DNA of 64,000 nucleotides from Monocercomonoides exilis PA203 (taxonomy: Eukaryota; Protista; Preaxostyla). The stretch is taken from NCBI GenBank assembly GCA_001643675.2, contig LSRY02000039.1:744001-808000 (forward strand). The letters are read 5' to 3'. The translations under genes were made by a program, and so were the position numbers. Positions 1-13,400 of this stretch are shown piece by piece. Each line of letters opens with the position of its first letter. Position 1 is the stretch's first letter. A model generated the notes under the pieces. That model was not told the DNA's origin, searched no databases, and worked only from the letters and a program-made list of their open reading frames with translations.

Positions 1-2202
1 TTCTTTCATAGAAGAGTAAGAACTGATGCTCCAATCTGATTGTTTTGCAGAGGGTGTCAAAGGAATGGCGAAGAGGGTATTCATATTGGAGATATGTGGG
101 GGAGGAAGGACGAGGGGGAAGGGGAGAAGAAGAAGAAGAAGAAGAAAGTTTTGAGCGAGAAGAAGAAGAAGATAAGGATAAAGATGAAGAAGATTGCTGC
201 CTCAGAAGAGAAGCAGAAGAGAATGAAGGAGCCAAACGAGAAGAACGATGACGTGATTTGGAAATGGCAGAAGCAATGTCGATTGTTTGTGGATGAACAG
301 AAGAAGAAGAGGAAGAGGAAGAGGAATTAGAACTAGAAGAAGAAGGGGCATTGAAATACACCCCATCAATCAAAGTCCCCGTGACCATTCCAACATGCCC
401 CGGGTATTTTGCATCGAGCATCACCTGCTCTTTCCTCCTCCTCTCTTTTCTCCACTTCTCCAGCTTCTGCCTCCTCTCCTGCCGCATCTTTTCCACTTTC
501 ACCACTCTTTCTGACTGCAGCTGCGCTTCATACATCCTCTGCTTCTCTTGCTGCGTCCCCCTCTTCTCACTCATCGATACATTCGAACTGTTGTTGTTTA
601 TTCCTCCTCCTCCTCCTTCTCTTCTCTCTCCTTCTCCTCTTCCTCCTCCTCCTTCTCTTCCCATCACACTTGCTCCTCCATTCACCCCCATCCCCATCCC
701 CATCCCCATCCCCATCCCCATCTCTTTAGCTTTGCTCGTCCCTTTCTCTTCCTCTCTCTTCTCTCTTCTCTTCTCTTGTTTCCTTATACGCCTCTTCCAC
801 GCCTCAAGTGCTCCCTTTCTCTGTTCATTGCCTTCTTCTTTTCCTTTTTCTCCTCCTCCTCCTCCCAAAATCTTCCCTTTATCCTCATCTCCTCCTTCCC
901 CTTCCCTATCTCCTTCCCCTTCATCTCCATCACCTTCTCCATCACCATCAGCTTCCTCTTCTTTCCTCTCCTTCTCCCTCATCTCCTTCCTCTGATTATT
1001 CCTCCTCTCTGCCTCGATCGTTGCCAGCGTATATAAAGGCACCGAAGAAGCAACTCTTTGTGGAATAGTTCTCAGTCTGTTGTGTGATAAATCAGCATAT
1101 ACAATTCTTGCAGTGGAAGGGAAGAAGAAAGGCGAAAGCTCTTCTATTTGGTTGAAAGACACATCCAGACGCTTCAGAACAGGGAGAGCGGTGAATAATA
1201 TGGAAGGCAATGAAGAAAGCTTGTTGTCTGCTATGAGAAGAGATTCCAAGCAGCAGAACTGAAGAAGGAGAGGAGGGAATTCCTTGAGACGGTTGCAGGA
1301 TAAAGAGAGGGAGATGAGGGGGGACAAACCACTTTTTGAAGGGAGAAGAGGATGAGAAGCAAGAGAAGAAGAAGAGGAGGAAGAAGAAGAAGAATTAGTA
1401 TGAGCAGGAGAATTAACAGCTGAAGAAGACACACTTAGAGCATTGAGATTCGCAGTTGATGGCATTATCTTAGACGAGCCAGTGGCAGATGAAGCAACAG
1501 CCATTTGAGTTGGGAGAAGCTCTTTTTTAACAGGAATACGCTCAAAGAGAGAAGTGATGAAGTCATCAGAGCTGTGGAAGGGGCCTGTGAGAGGAAATTG
1601 ATACCCTGTGGGCTGGAGCATGGAGTGGGATGAGAGAGAGGAAGAGGAAGAAGAAGAGGAAAAGGAGGAGGAGGTATATGGAGATAAGGAGGATGAGGTT
1701 CTGCCAGAGAATGAAGAAGAGAGTTGTGATGGTGTTTTATTTGAAGCAGAAGCAGCAGAAGAAGAAGAAGATGAAGAATAATCATCACCTTCTGCCTCTC
1801 TAATTGCCTGCAAAATCTCCTGGAATGAAGGCAAAGACGTGATCTGATTGCCCGACAGGTTCAAAATCCTCAAGTTTGGCAAGAGGAAGATAAAAGCTGG
1901 CACAGAAGTGAGTCTGTTGAATGATAAGTTCAATCTGGTGAGCGCCCAGAGAGAAGAAAGAGAAGGCGAAACAGCTGAGAGGAGGTTGAACGACAAGTCA
2001 AGGACACGAAGTTGAGTGAGGAAAGAGAAGAATGTGTTGACTTCGCTGATTCGGTTGCCGGCAAGCAGAAGCTCCTGTGGCTGGATGTTCAGCAGAGCAG
2101 GAGGGAGGCGGCCGAGGCGGTTGAAGCGGAGCCAGAGAGTGTGGATGCGGTGGAATTCAGTGAGTTCTGAGGGGATGAAGGGGAAGGAGGGAGAGAGAAC
2201 AG

Positions 2203-2272
<70 letters not shown>

Positions 2273-4100
2273 GAGAGAAATGAGAGAAATGAGAGAAATG
2301 AGAGAAATGAGAGAAATGAGAGAAATGAGAGAAATGAGAGAAATGAGAGAAATGAGAGAAATGAGAGAAATGAGAGAAATGAGAGAAATGAGAGAAATGA
2401 GAGAAATGAGAGAAATGAGAGAAATGAGAGAAATGAGAGAGTGTGTGTGTGTGATGGAAAAAGAGAGGGAGAAAGGAGTGAAGGGATGATACAATACAAC
2501 AGTATTCAAAATGTAATATATTTTAGTATTTGTATATGCGAAAAGAATATATATAAAATATATAAAGGCAATAATAACAATAATAATGAAACTAAAAAAT
2601 AACACACGAGGAATATCTTCAATTCTGTTGTAGTCTGCGACGATGGCAGCAACAGAAGGAGAGAAAGAAGGCAGCAGAGAAAGCTGGTTGTGGGCAAAAG
2701 CAGCGACGAGAGGGGCTGTGTGGGAGAGAAGAGGGACTGAAGTGAGGTTGTTGGAGGAGGCGAAGAGCTGGGTGAGTTGCTGAAGGAGAGAAAAGAGAGG
2801 GAGGAAGGAGGTAGAAGGAAGGTTAAAGGGAGGATAAATGATAAATGATAAAGGATGAATGATGGACGGTGAATGAAAGATGAAGGAGGAAGTGAATATA
2901 ATTGGAAGGTGGAGTGGGGGGATATAACACAAATAAATTAAAAAAAAACAAATAAATAAAGTCATTTGAAAGATGATGATGAAAGGTATGTGAAGTGAAT
3001 AAAAATGATAAAAATGAATAAACATAGTAAACGAAAGGGTAAAAATACACAAAATTTTTTGTTTTAATATTTTTATATAAAAAGAAAAACAGACCAAAAA
3101 CTTCAACAGTAATTAAAAAATATACTAAATTCTCTTCCTCCTTCCTTCTTTCAACCATTCTAAACACGCACACACACCTTCCATTCGCTCAGCGGAGGCA
3201 ACGCCGTCAAGTTGTTTGAGCTGAGCTGGAGTTCTTTGACATCCGGGAGCAGCAGCGGCAGCTGGGGCGGGACAGACGAGAGGTGGTTGCTGGAGAGCGC
3301 CAGGCGGGTAAGCGACGAGAGGGCGTACCACGTCTTCAATGGGATGTGCGAAATGTGGTTGCTGCTCAGATCCAGCGTGCGCAGCTGGGGCATCTTCGTG
3401 AGGGGAGAGAGAGAGAATGTTCTGATACGGTTCATTCCCAGATGGAGCGAGGTCAGGGCTGGTGCAATTATTGGCCCGTCGGTCGTTTCGATGCGGTTGC
3501 CTTCGAGCTCCACGGTTACAAGTGCTGGATGCTCCAATACAGGGAGAACGCTCAAACTAATAAAAAAAAGTTATAAAAAATTAGTTTGAGAGAAAAAATA
3601 ATTTAATGAAAAAATAGTTACAAAAATTAAAATTTGTAGTATACAAGTTCATATTTAGTGTCAATTGCTCTAGCTTAGGAAAAACTATCTTTGGATTGTG
3701 AGTGAACAATGTTAAATGATTGGAAGTTAAATCCAATTCAAGTAATGATGGCTGAACAAAATGTGAAAAGTCGCGTATTTTGTTGTGATCCAATCCCTGA
3801 TGCAAGATAAATTATTAATAAAAAATTTAAAAAATGCTTTCATACTAATACTTCTAATGATTTGAGATTGTGAACTGTACTTGGAATATTTGTCAACATA
3901 TTCCAAGAGACCTTCAAATTTTTCAAATTTGGGTAGAGTTCGTGCAACTGAGGTAAATCTTTCAATTTATTCCACGAGAAATTCAAATCTGACATCGATT
4001 CATTTTTTTCTTTCAAGATAAACAATGGTAATCTCGTAAGTTGATGATTAATCAAAGATAAGTTCGATTTCGATGGTTCAATGCTTTGTGTTGGACCCAT
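1..4100 (-). CDS. Leucine-rich-repeat protein, 5 exons, 3' end beyond window
   Basis: Manually spliced exons 4100-3846, 3796-3645, 3556-3178, 2779-2608, 2166-<1. All introns are GT-AG and phase-consistent. Many LxxLxLxxNxL repeats (LKNLKVSWNML, LRTLDLSSNHI, LRVLDLSFNLL, LRILNLSGNQI), followed by Ser-rich and E/K/R-rich low-complexity segments. The last exon was spot-checked at both ends, not codon by codon. Confidence 0.88.
2201..2452. repeat. Compound micro/minisatellite (GAAA)n-(GA)n-(ATGAGAGAA)x19-(GT)n inside LRR intron 4
   Basis: Directly visible. The 9-bp unit starts at 2271 and repeats exactly to ~2440, within intron 2607-2167. Confidence 0.95.
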
Positions 4101-4405
4101 ATTCTGTTTCTATAATAAACTTCATAAAGAGAAAACAAGCATAAGCCAAATAACGCAAAATTGCAAAGAAAAACCAATAAAAAATTTATTTGGAAAAAAA
4201 TATTCAAAAAGCATTCAAATCAACGTTCAAAATCCACTTTTAATTTTATTGTATCTTAAACCTTTGAATATTTCTCGTCTCTGCAATAATTAAAAAATAA
4301 AACAATTCGATTGAAATAAAATTTTTATTATGGCTAATACCATATTATTATTAATAATTTGGCCAAAACCGGAATATAAAATTAGTTTTTTTTTAAATTC
4401 CAAGG
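4101..4405. promoter_or_regulatory. Short divergent intergenic region (probable bidirectional promoter)
   Basis: 305 bp of AT-rich sequence between the LRR ATG (4100, -) and the receptor ATG (4406, +). Confidence 0.5.
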
Positions 4406-7400
4406 ATGACGCAGCGCTTTTTGCTATTTATGCTTGTTAACTTTTTATTATTAATAGGACTAGATGAAAGTCAAAAGTTTAAATTGCTACGGCCTCCCAA
4501 CAATGAAAATCATAATATTAATAATAATTTTCTTCAATTTTCTTCGTATTCTGAAAATATTAACAAAAATACGACGTTCAGCTTGGACAACATTTTTGAG
4601 AACTCTTATCCCCCTTTGAAAGCGATTCAACAAGGAAATACATGTGGAGTTGTTCTTTATAACCAAACTGGAATTATCAATTCTTCAGTCAATTTACTGG
4701 ACTTGAACTTAATTAACTACCGTTCAGAAACGTATTTTTCTGTTTCCTCATCATCTACTTTTTATGTTCGGTCTTGCATCTTTTCATTATTTTGCCCTCA
4801 TTTACCATCATTTATTTCTTCTTCGCACAGCCTTATTTCATTGTTTAACATCTCATTGAAGCCAACTACATATTCCTTACAAATGCCTATTTTATTATCA
4901 CCGATTTCTGAATTGATTGACGAAAATTTTCTTGGATCTATAAGCGTTTCTCAATCATTTTTTTCATCATTTACTCTGAATTCATATCCTTTTATATCAT
5001 CCATCTCTGCTCCATTTACTTTTATTTCCGACTCTATTTTCTATAATATTTCCAAAATGCAATGTGAAATGATGCAAAATTTACCAATTTATCAAAGCAA
5101 TGAAATCTTGACTTCCTGCTCATTTTCATCTGTTGATGATGCATTTTATGATGGTATAATTCGTTCTATAAATTCTTTTGGATCATCCCTCAATTTGTTT
5201 AATTCTTCGTTTTCTTCTTGCTCTCGTGCTACTAATATTGATATCTCAAATAACAAGAGAATGAGTCAACAGGTTCTATCGAGTGGTACTTCTCATTCAT
5301 TCACATCATGTGAATGGCATGACCGCCATGCTGATGCACTATCACCAGGTGGTTGGGTTCCTGCTTGCTCCGGAGGGGGCATTTTTTTGAATATTGTGGT
5401 AAATGCAATTGTAACAGTAAATAAGTGTTTGTTCGACTCATGCAATGCTACATCGCGTGGAGGAGGCATCTGTGTCAAAGGTCTAAATAGTCTTATTCTT
5501 ACCGAAACAAGATTTTCAAATTGCACTTGTGGAGAAAATGGAGGTGCCTTTGATGTTAGAGATGTTTCAGCATGCTTAAAAATTGGAAAGTGCCAGATTG
5601 AACAATGTTCTGGCCAATATGGCGGGGCATGTTATATTCATGTTGAAAAGACTGTTCAGAGCACTTGCACGACTAATGCATTGATGAACGATGAAAATGC
5701 GGCTGATGGAGATGGATCAGGTTCTTGCTTTTACGATAACACTTATAAGCAGTGCTACGCCATTAAGGGATATGGAGGAGCAATGCAACTTTTTACAAAT
5801 GCAACTGAATACAATTTGCGTAATTGCCAATTCGTATCATGCTGGACGGTAGAGCATGGAGGTGCCTTTACATATCAATTCAATACATCCACTATACCAG
5901 AAAACAGAGTTCCCTTCTATTTTCTTTTGTTTATAACAAATAAATGCACAAATCCAAATCCATTCGGACATGATGTGAGTATCTTCGATAATATGGCAAC
6001 TGCAAAGATTAGATATAATCCATCACCTTTTGTCAATTGTTTGTCAACACATGGTAATGATAATTCAATTCATTATTCTAGGTCTGCTGGTGGAACGGGA
6101 TATAAGCAATGGATGAGCTCCATGACAATGTCTCGACAGATAGCGACAAATGGCAGTGACGAAAGCGAATTTTGCGGATTAGGGTCGTGGATCGAATGCA
6201 AAACTGTGTCTTATGCAGTTTCGCAAGCATTCACTGGAGTGAAAAGCACAATGGACATGTCTCAAAACGATTTCACTGAAACAAAGGAAATATCTTGCGG
6301 TGTGAATGAAGTTTCTCTAAGCGGCAAAATGACAGATACAGGAGGAACAACAATAAAGACTCAAATGAGCTCCGCTGGAAAAAGCTTGTTTTCCGCTTCG
6401 ACTGGATCATTCACTCTCAGCGATTTTGAAATAATTCACGACTCATCGCATTCGAATAATTTGGATTGCGGGTTATTTAAGCTGACTGGAAGTGGGAGCA
6501 TCAAAATTAGTGGAGTGGACATATCAGCAGGTGAAGGACACGCAGAAGCAAATGCATTTAGCGTTGCACTTGTGAATATAAATAGCGGAACAATTGAAAT
6601 GAGCAGCGTGAAGTGGAGTCAGATTTTTACAGAGAAAACTATTTTCCAGATTCCTAACAGCAATACTACTACAGCTAGCTTAATTTCGTGCTCTTTTACG
6701 AATGTGAAGCCAACAAATGGCATTTCTTCGATATTCAATTTTAAATCTAATAATTTAAAATTGACTGTTAGTGATTGTAATATGACAGGATGTGGAAGTG
6801 CGTCAACAACTGAAGGAGGAGCGATGACAATTGGAATAGGAACTACAAATGATGTAGCTATTTCCGGAGGAAATGTTAGCAGCTGCGTTGCATCGGAATC
6901 TAATGGATTAGGTGGAGGATTTTATTTGCAATTTACAGATGCATCACGGGGTTTGACAATAAATGACGTTCAATTCACTGATAATAAAGCAAAACATGGG
7001 CATGATATATTTGTGTACTCTCCTTCGCTTAAAAGTACTGTCGAAGCAAATATTTTCAAATTTTTAAACGATTCAGATGAATTCCTGGAGCTTGTGGAAG
7101 GATTTAACAATGGAAACGCAAGTTTTGCAATTCCATTGTGTTTGTACTTGAAAAGTGCGGAAACAATCGGAATATCAACAGCTTATGGAGAAAATTTTGA
7201 TGCTTGTGGATTCACTGGCTATCCGTGTGAAACACTTGACTATGCTTTTACCAGGCAAAGTATCACTCATTCCATTACATTCTTTGATGCTTCTTCGCTT
7301 AAAGGCCAGACTTTCCTTAACAGTGGAACATATTCTGCCTTTTTTGAAGGAGAAACAAAAGCAAAACTTACACTAAACTACGAAACGCCTGTGAGTGGAG

Positions 7401-10400
7401 CTTTTGCAGTCTGCTCAGTCAAAACAGAATTTAGAAACATCGTTTTTGAGCTTCCGCAAAATATTGGTTCGTTTACAAGCATTTTTTCTGTTACTGCGTC
7501 TACCCTCACCATCACTAATTGCGAGCTTGCACCTAATCCTGATGGGACCGCCTTAACCTGCGGTTTTGCGGTTGTAACAAGCGGAGCAGTCACAGTCGAC
7601 GGATTTGCTGCTTCAAATTGTGTTTTCACGTTGGTGCCTGCTTTTTCTGCAAGCGGATCCACATCAATATTGGACATAAACAGTTTGGCATTAAATAATG
7701 TGCAATCGACTTCCACATCGGGACTTCTTTCAACAGAAAATGGCGCTCAAATGAAGCTCTCAGTGCTATCGTATCAGTCAAATGCATTGCCCTTGACGAA
7801 ATTCACAGTCAATGGAAAGGTTGAGACATTGGCATCGGTCTTCATCACAACAGCACCATCAACCATCACTTTTGGGAAAGACGGCACAACATCTTTTGAC
7901 ATCAGCTGCGCAAGCGGAAGTGAATTAACAGAAGGACTGTTTTGCGTTGAGCATGCTGTCGACTTTAGAAAAATAAACTTTTTGATTCCCTCTTCATTAA
8001 CCCCATGTACTTCTCTAATTGAACAGAAGAGCGAGACGCTGAAAGTGAAGTCGTGTTCAGTTGCCATGCAGGCTGGCCAAACAGACGTGATAGCATTTTC
8101 TTTGCTGAGCATTCAAGGCGGAAATGCAGAGGTTGAATCATTGTCTATTGAGGGACTGCAATTCACACCTTCGTTGGTGAAAGTTGGAAGTGTCGATGCA
8201 ACAGTGGAACTTTTGTCATTTCAGCTGAATGATGTGAGCAGCACAGAAAAACTGATTGAGATTGTTTCAGGAGGGGGAGTAACATTAACAGGGTTCAGCT
8301 ACTCGATAATGGACACTGCAAGAAATGCCGAAAAAACTCTTTCGATTGGAGGGAAAGTGAAAGTGGAAGAGAGCATTTTTGTCAAAGATGGTTCATTAAC
8401 CTTTGGAGAATCATTGGAGACGGAAGCATTCCAGAAGATTTCAACAATTGAGGGAATAGAAGCTGCAAGAGGACTTTTTGTTTCAGGGCATTCGTCAACT
8501 TTCAATTCGATTGAGTTTGTTGTTTTGTCATCGTTAAATCAAGCAACAGCATTAATCGAGCAAACAACTGAGACGTTACAGTTGAAGTCTTGCAAACTAT
8601 CAAGGGATAGTGGACAATCAGGAGCGATTGAGTATTCCTTGTTGATTGTTCAAAGTGGGAGAGCAGAGATCAGCTTGCTTTCACTGGAATCATTGGAGTT
8701 TGCGCCATCTCTGATTAAGACTTCAAGTGCCGATGCAGAAATGGAGCTGAATACATTCAGCTTGAAAGATGTGAGCAGTACTGAAAAATTGATAGAAATT
8801 GGAGAAGGGGGATCTGCCTTTCTGAAAGAGTTCAGCTATGCAATAACAGATATCACAAGAAATGCTGAAAAGAGGTTGACGATTGGAGGAAAAGTGAAAG
8901 TGGAAGAAGATATTTATGTCAGTGACAATTCGTTGACTTTTGGAGAAGTGAAGGCAGATGGAACATATCGAAAACTTTCAACTCTTGAAGGGAAAGATGC
9001 TTCCATGGGGCTTATGAAAGTAGAACATTCAGCAACGTTTAACTCCGTTGAATTTGTCCTTGCACCTTCTCTGACGATCTCAACTTTATTTGAGCAGACT
9101 GCTGAAACGCTGTTGTTGAAGTCATGCACAGTTTCAAAAGGAAGTGGCGAAGGTGATGCAATTGTCTATAGTTTCATAACGGCTCAAAACGGATTGATTA
9201 AAGTTGATGCGTTAACGATGAAAACACTGAAATTTACTCCCTCATTGTTAAAGACAGAGGATGCAAGTGTTTCATTGGAACTTTCATCATTCGATTTGAA
9301 AGATATAAGTTGCACAGAAAAATTTGTTGAACTTGCGCCTGGTGGAAAGGTAACAATAAAAGGATTCAGTTATGTCGATTCTCTGAGTGCAGAAAGTGCA
9401 GAAAGTGCAGAAAGTGCAGAAAGCGCAGAAAAGACGCTGACGATTGGCGGGGAAATTGAGGCAGAAACGAGCATATCGTTGAACAACAATGCACTGACTT
9501 TTGGAGAAGAGAAAGAGGAAGGAAGTTATCAGAAGATCACGACTGTTGGAGGAAAAGATACCGCAGAAGGACTGATTATTTGTGGGCATTCGACCACATT
9601 CAATTCAGTTGAATTTGTGATTGAGCCAGTACTCTCTCAAGCAACAGCATTGATCCAACAAACAGCAGAAACATTGAATTTGAAATTGTGCACTGCATCA
9701 ATGAATCCAACTGCAACTGGAGCAATCGAATATACTTTATTATTGATACAAAACGGCAAGTTAATTCTTGATAAGCTTTCCTTGGAAGCGGTGAGTTTTA
9801 CTACTTCGTTGCTGAAAACAGAAAGTGCCACTGCAATGCTTGATATTTCTTCGCTCATTCTGAAAGATGTTATTTGTGATGATAAATTGGTGGATCTCTT
9901 TGAAGGAGGAAGCGCCACAATAGCAGGATTCAGTTATTCGAAAACTTACAGCATTGAGAATGCTGAAAAAAGATTGACAATCGGAGGGGAAATAAAAATT
10001 GAAGAGAGCATATTTGTCAAAGATGACTCATTAACCTTTGGTGAAGTGAAAGCTGAAGGAACATACCAGAAGATAACGACAGTTGAAGGCAAAAATGTTG
10101 CTGAGGGCTTAATAATTTCTGGGCATTCTTCGACTTTCAATTCTATCAATTTTGTTGTGTTTTCTTCTTTGAATCAAGCAACAGCATTGATTGAGCAAAC
10201 AGCTGAGACGTTGCAGTTGAAGACATGCTCAGTTTCAATGGAACTTGGTCAAACGGATTCAATTGAGTACAATTTGTTAAGAGCTCAAAATGGCAATTTA
10301 AATATCGATAAGCTTTCATTGGAAACTTTGAAATTTACTCCTTCACTTCTGAAGATGGTTGATGCAAGTGTTGTTTTGGAGCTGACTTCGCTTCGTTTGA

Positions 10401-13400
10401 AAGATGTGAGTAGCATAGAAAAATTGATTGAACTTGCCCCTGGTGGAAGGGCAACAATAAAAGGATTCAATTATTTGAAAAGTGACAACGTGGACAATAT
10501 TGAAAAGTCATTGACGATTGGGGGAAAAGTGATAGTGGAAGAGAGCATATTTGTTAGCGAAAATTCACTGACTTTCGGAGAAGAGAAAACAGAAGGAATT
10601 TATCAAAAGATTACTACTGTGGAAGGAGTGGAAGCATCTGGAGGACTTATCGTTTCAAGTCATTCATCGACTTTTAATTCAATTGAATTTACTGTGTTAT
10701 CTGCATTGGGTCAAGCGACATCGTTGATTCAACAGACAGCAGAGACATTGCATCTGAAATTGTGTACCGTTACTCTTCAAGAGGGTCAAACTGGTGTAAT
10801 TGAATTTTCATTTTTGAGTGAAGTGAGTGGAGAAGCAACAGTTGAGTCTTTGCCTCTCAAAAATTTGCAGTTTAAACCGTCTGTGCTGAAAACAGAAAAT
10901 TCAGTTGCTGTTTTGCATCTTGTATCATTCAGTTTGAAGGATGTGAGCAGCGAAGGCGGGCTAATTGAACTTGCAGAAGGGGGAAGCGCTACAATTTCAG
11001 GATTCAGCTATTCGAAAACTGATAGCGTCACCAATCTTGAGAAGTCTTTGACAATTGGAGGGGAAATAAAAATTGAAGAGAGCATATTTGTCAAAGATGA
11101 CTCATTAACCTTTGGTGAAGTGAAAGCTGAAGGAACATACCAGAAGATAAGCACGTTAGCTGGTAAAGAAGCCTCAGATGGACTAATAATTGTCGAACAC
11201 GCCACAACTATCAATTCTATAGAGTTTGACATTCTATCGTCTCTTGTGCAAGCTGCTTCTCTTATTGAGCAGAAGAGCGAGACGCTGAAGCTTGTTTCGT
11301 GCACAGTTTCACTGAATCCTGATCAAACGGCCGCAATTGATTACTCATTCCTTATCATGAAAAATGGGGTTGGGGAGATCAGCTCATTGTCATTGGAAGA
11401 TTTGAAATTTACTCAGTCTTTGATGAAAATTGAGAATGCAGAAGCAACTCTGGAGATGAGCTTGCTTAACATGAAAGATGTAAGCAGCACAGAAAAACTG
11501 ATTGAGATTGTTTCAGGAGGGGGAGTAACATTAACAGGGTTCAGCTACTCGATAATGGACACTGCAAGAAATGCCGAAAAAACTCTTTCGATTGGAGGGA
11601 AAGTGAAAGTGGAAGAGAGCATTTTTGTCAAAGATGGTTCATTAACCTTTGGAGAATCATTGGAGACGGAAGCATTCCAGAAGATTTCAACAATTGAGGG
11701 AATAGAAGCTGCAAGAGGACTTTTTGTTTCAGGGCATTCGTCAACTTTCAATTCGATTGAGTTTGTTGTTTTGTCATCGTTAAATCAAGCAACAGCATTA
11801 ATCGAGCAAACAACTGAGACGTTACAGTTGAAGTCTTGCAAACTATCAAGGGATAGTGGACAAACGGATTCAATTGTGTACAATATAATAAAAGGAGAGG
11901 GTCAAAGCGTATTACAGATTCTGGATACGAATTTATTAAATGGAATATCTTTTAATGCATATGTGATTGAACTGCAGGAAGATGCAAGTTGTGAGATTAA
12001 CACTATCAAAATTCAAGATGTTTCATTTGATGATTATGGGGCTTTTGTTCATGGAGGAAACAAAAAGTTAGTTTCTGTGTGCAATTTGGAGTTAGTTTCT
12101 GCGAGTTCGAGCAAAAACTCTCTCTTTTTGATTGAAAATGGCTCATCTCTTTCGATTGATTCTTCAAATACCTCTTCGCTAAATTCTACTGCACTAAATG
12201 GCGGACTTATTAATTCTTTTGTAGGAAAGGATTCAAAGATAATAATTGTAAATTCAAATATTACGGCTTGTTTAGTCGGAGTTGGTGGAGGATGTGGAGG
12301 ATGTATTTTCTGCACACTCGATCAAAATGGTTGTTTTAATATTACTGACTGTAGCATGACAGAAAATATGGTTTCAGAGGAAAATGGAAAAGGAGGCGCT
12401 ATTTACCTTCAGTGCAATCAGCAATCATCTGACGCGTTTGATTTTACATTCACGGATATTGATGGAAACAAAGCTCATCTTGGCATGCTTCTGTATCTCA
12501 AGGCTCCAATGTTGAAGACCACTGCGTTGCAATCGAAGTTCCACATGGACTTTCGAGATCTAAATGATAATAGCAATCTGATGTTTGGAGATGGAAGTTA
12601 TGATTATCCTGGAGGAACAAGCTTACTTGAACTTTGGGAGTATAAATCACACGTGATTTACGTTGGAAACAGCTATGTTGGACAGGATTTTGCATTGTGC
12701 GGATCATCTTCTTCTCCATGCCGTTCGTTGAATTATGGTGTGGAGCGATTAACAGGCGAGTTGCAACAGCTGTTTGTTGTTGATGAATGCAAAATGACTG
12801 CAGAAGTTGACTTGACTGATAGAAGGCTCAGCGGTAAAGGACAGATTGGCACTGTAACAGTTTCAAGCAGCTCGGCTAATAATGCAAATGACGGAAGCGC
12901 ACCTATTCATTTGCTTTGTGGTGGAGATGTGACTGTTGAATTGTTAAACTTTAAACTTCCGTCTGTGATTAACTCAGAGCATTTCGTATATGCCACTTCT
13001 GGAGATATTCATTTTTCAACGATTTCTTTCGAATCATTTGAGGCACCTCAACAATCTGCATTCCCATTTTCACTGTTCAATATCAGTTGCAGTACAATTT
13101 CAATTAGCAACATAAACATACTCAACGCTATGTTTGGAAAAGCTGTGTTTGTAATGTCAACAGTTAAAGCAATCAGTGTTAGTAACGTCAAATTGAATGG
13201 CTTGACAATTGAGCAGGGAGACATTTTTTCGTGTACTTCACTTGAAATTTTATTGAATAATATCACGCTTGAGAAAGCAACAATACAGACAGGATCAGCC
13301 ATTGCTATTGCTGGAACAAATACAACATTGAAAGAGTGCACAATAAGTGACATTACGTTGGCTGAAAAATGTTTAATTTCTGTTAATTTGGCTACATCCA

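Noticed and set aside
40-1262. Plus-strand ORFs at the window start
   Set aside because: They are antisense to the final LRR exon, which is unlisted in the ORF track, most likely because its stop lies outside the window.
2016-2499. REM-repeat and FLS-repeat ORFs
   Set aside because: These are translations of an intronic 9-bp minisatellite.
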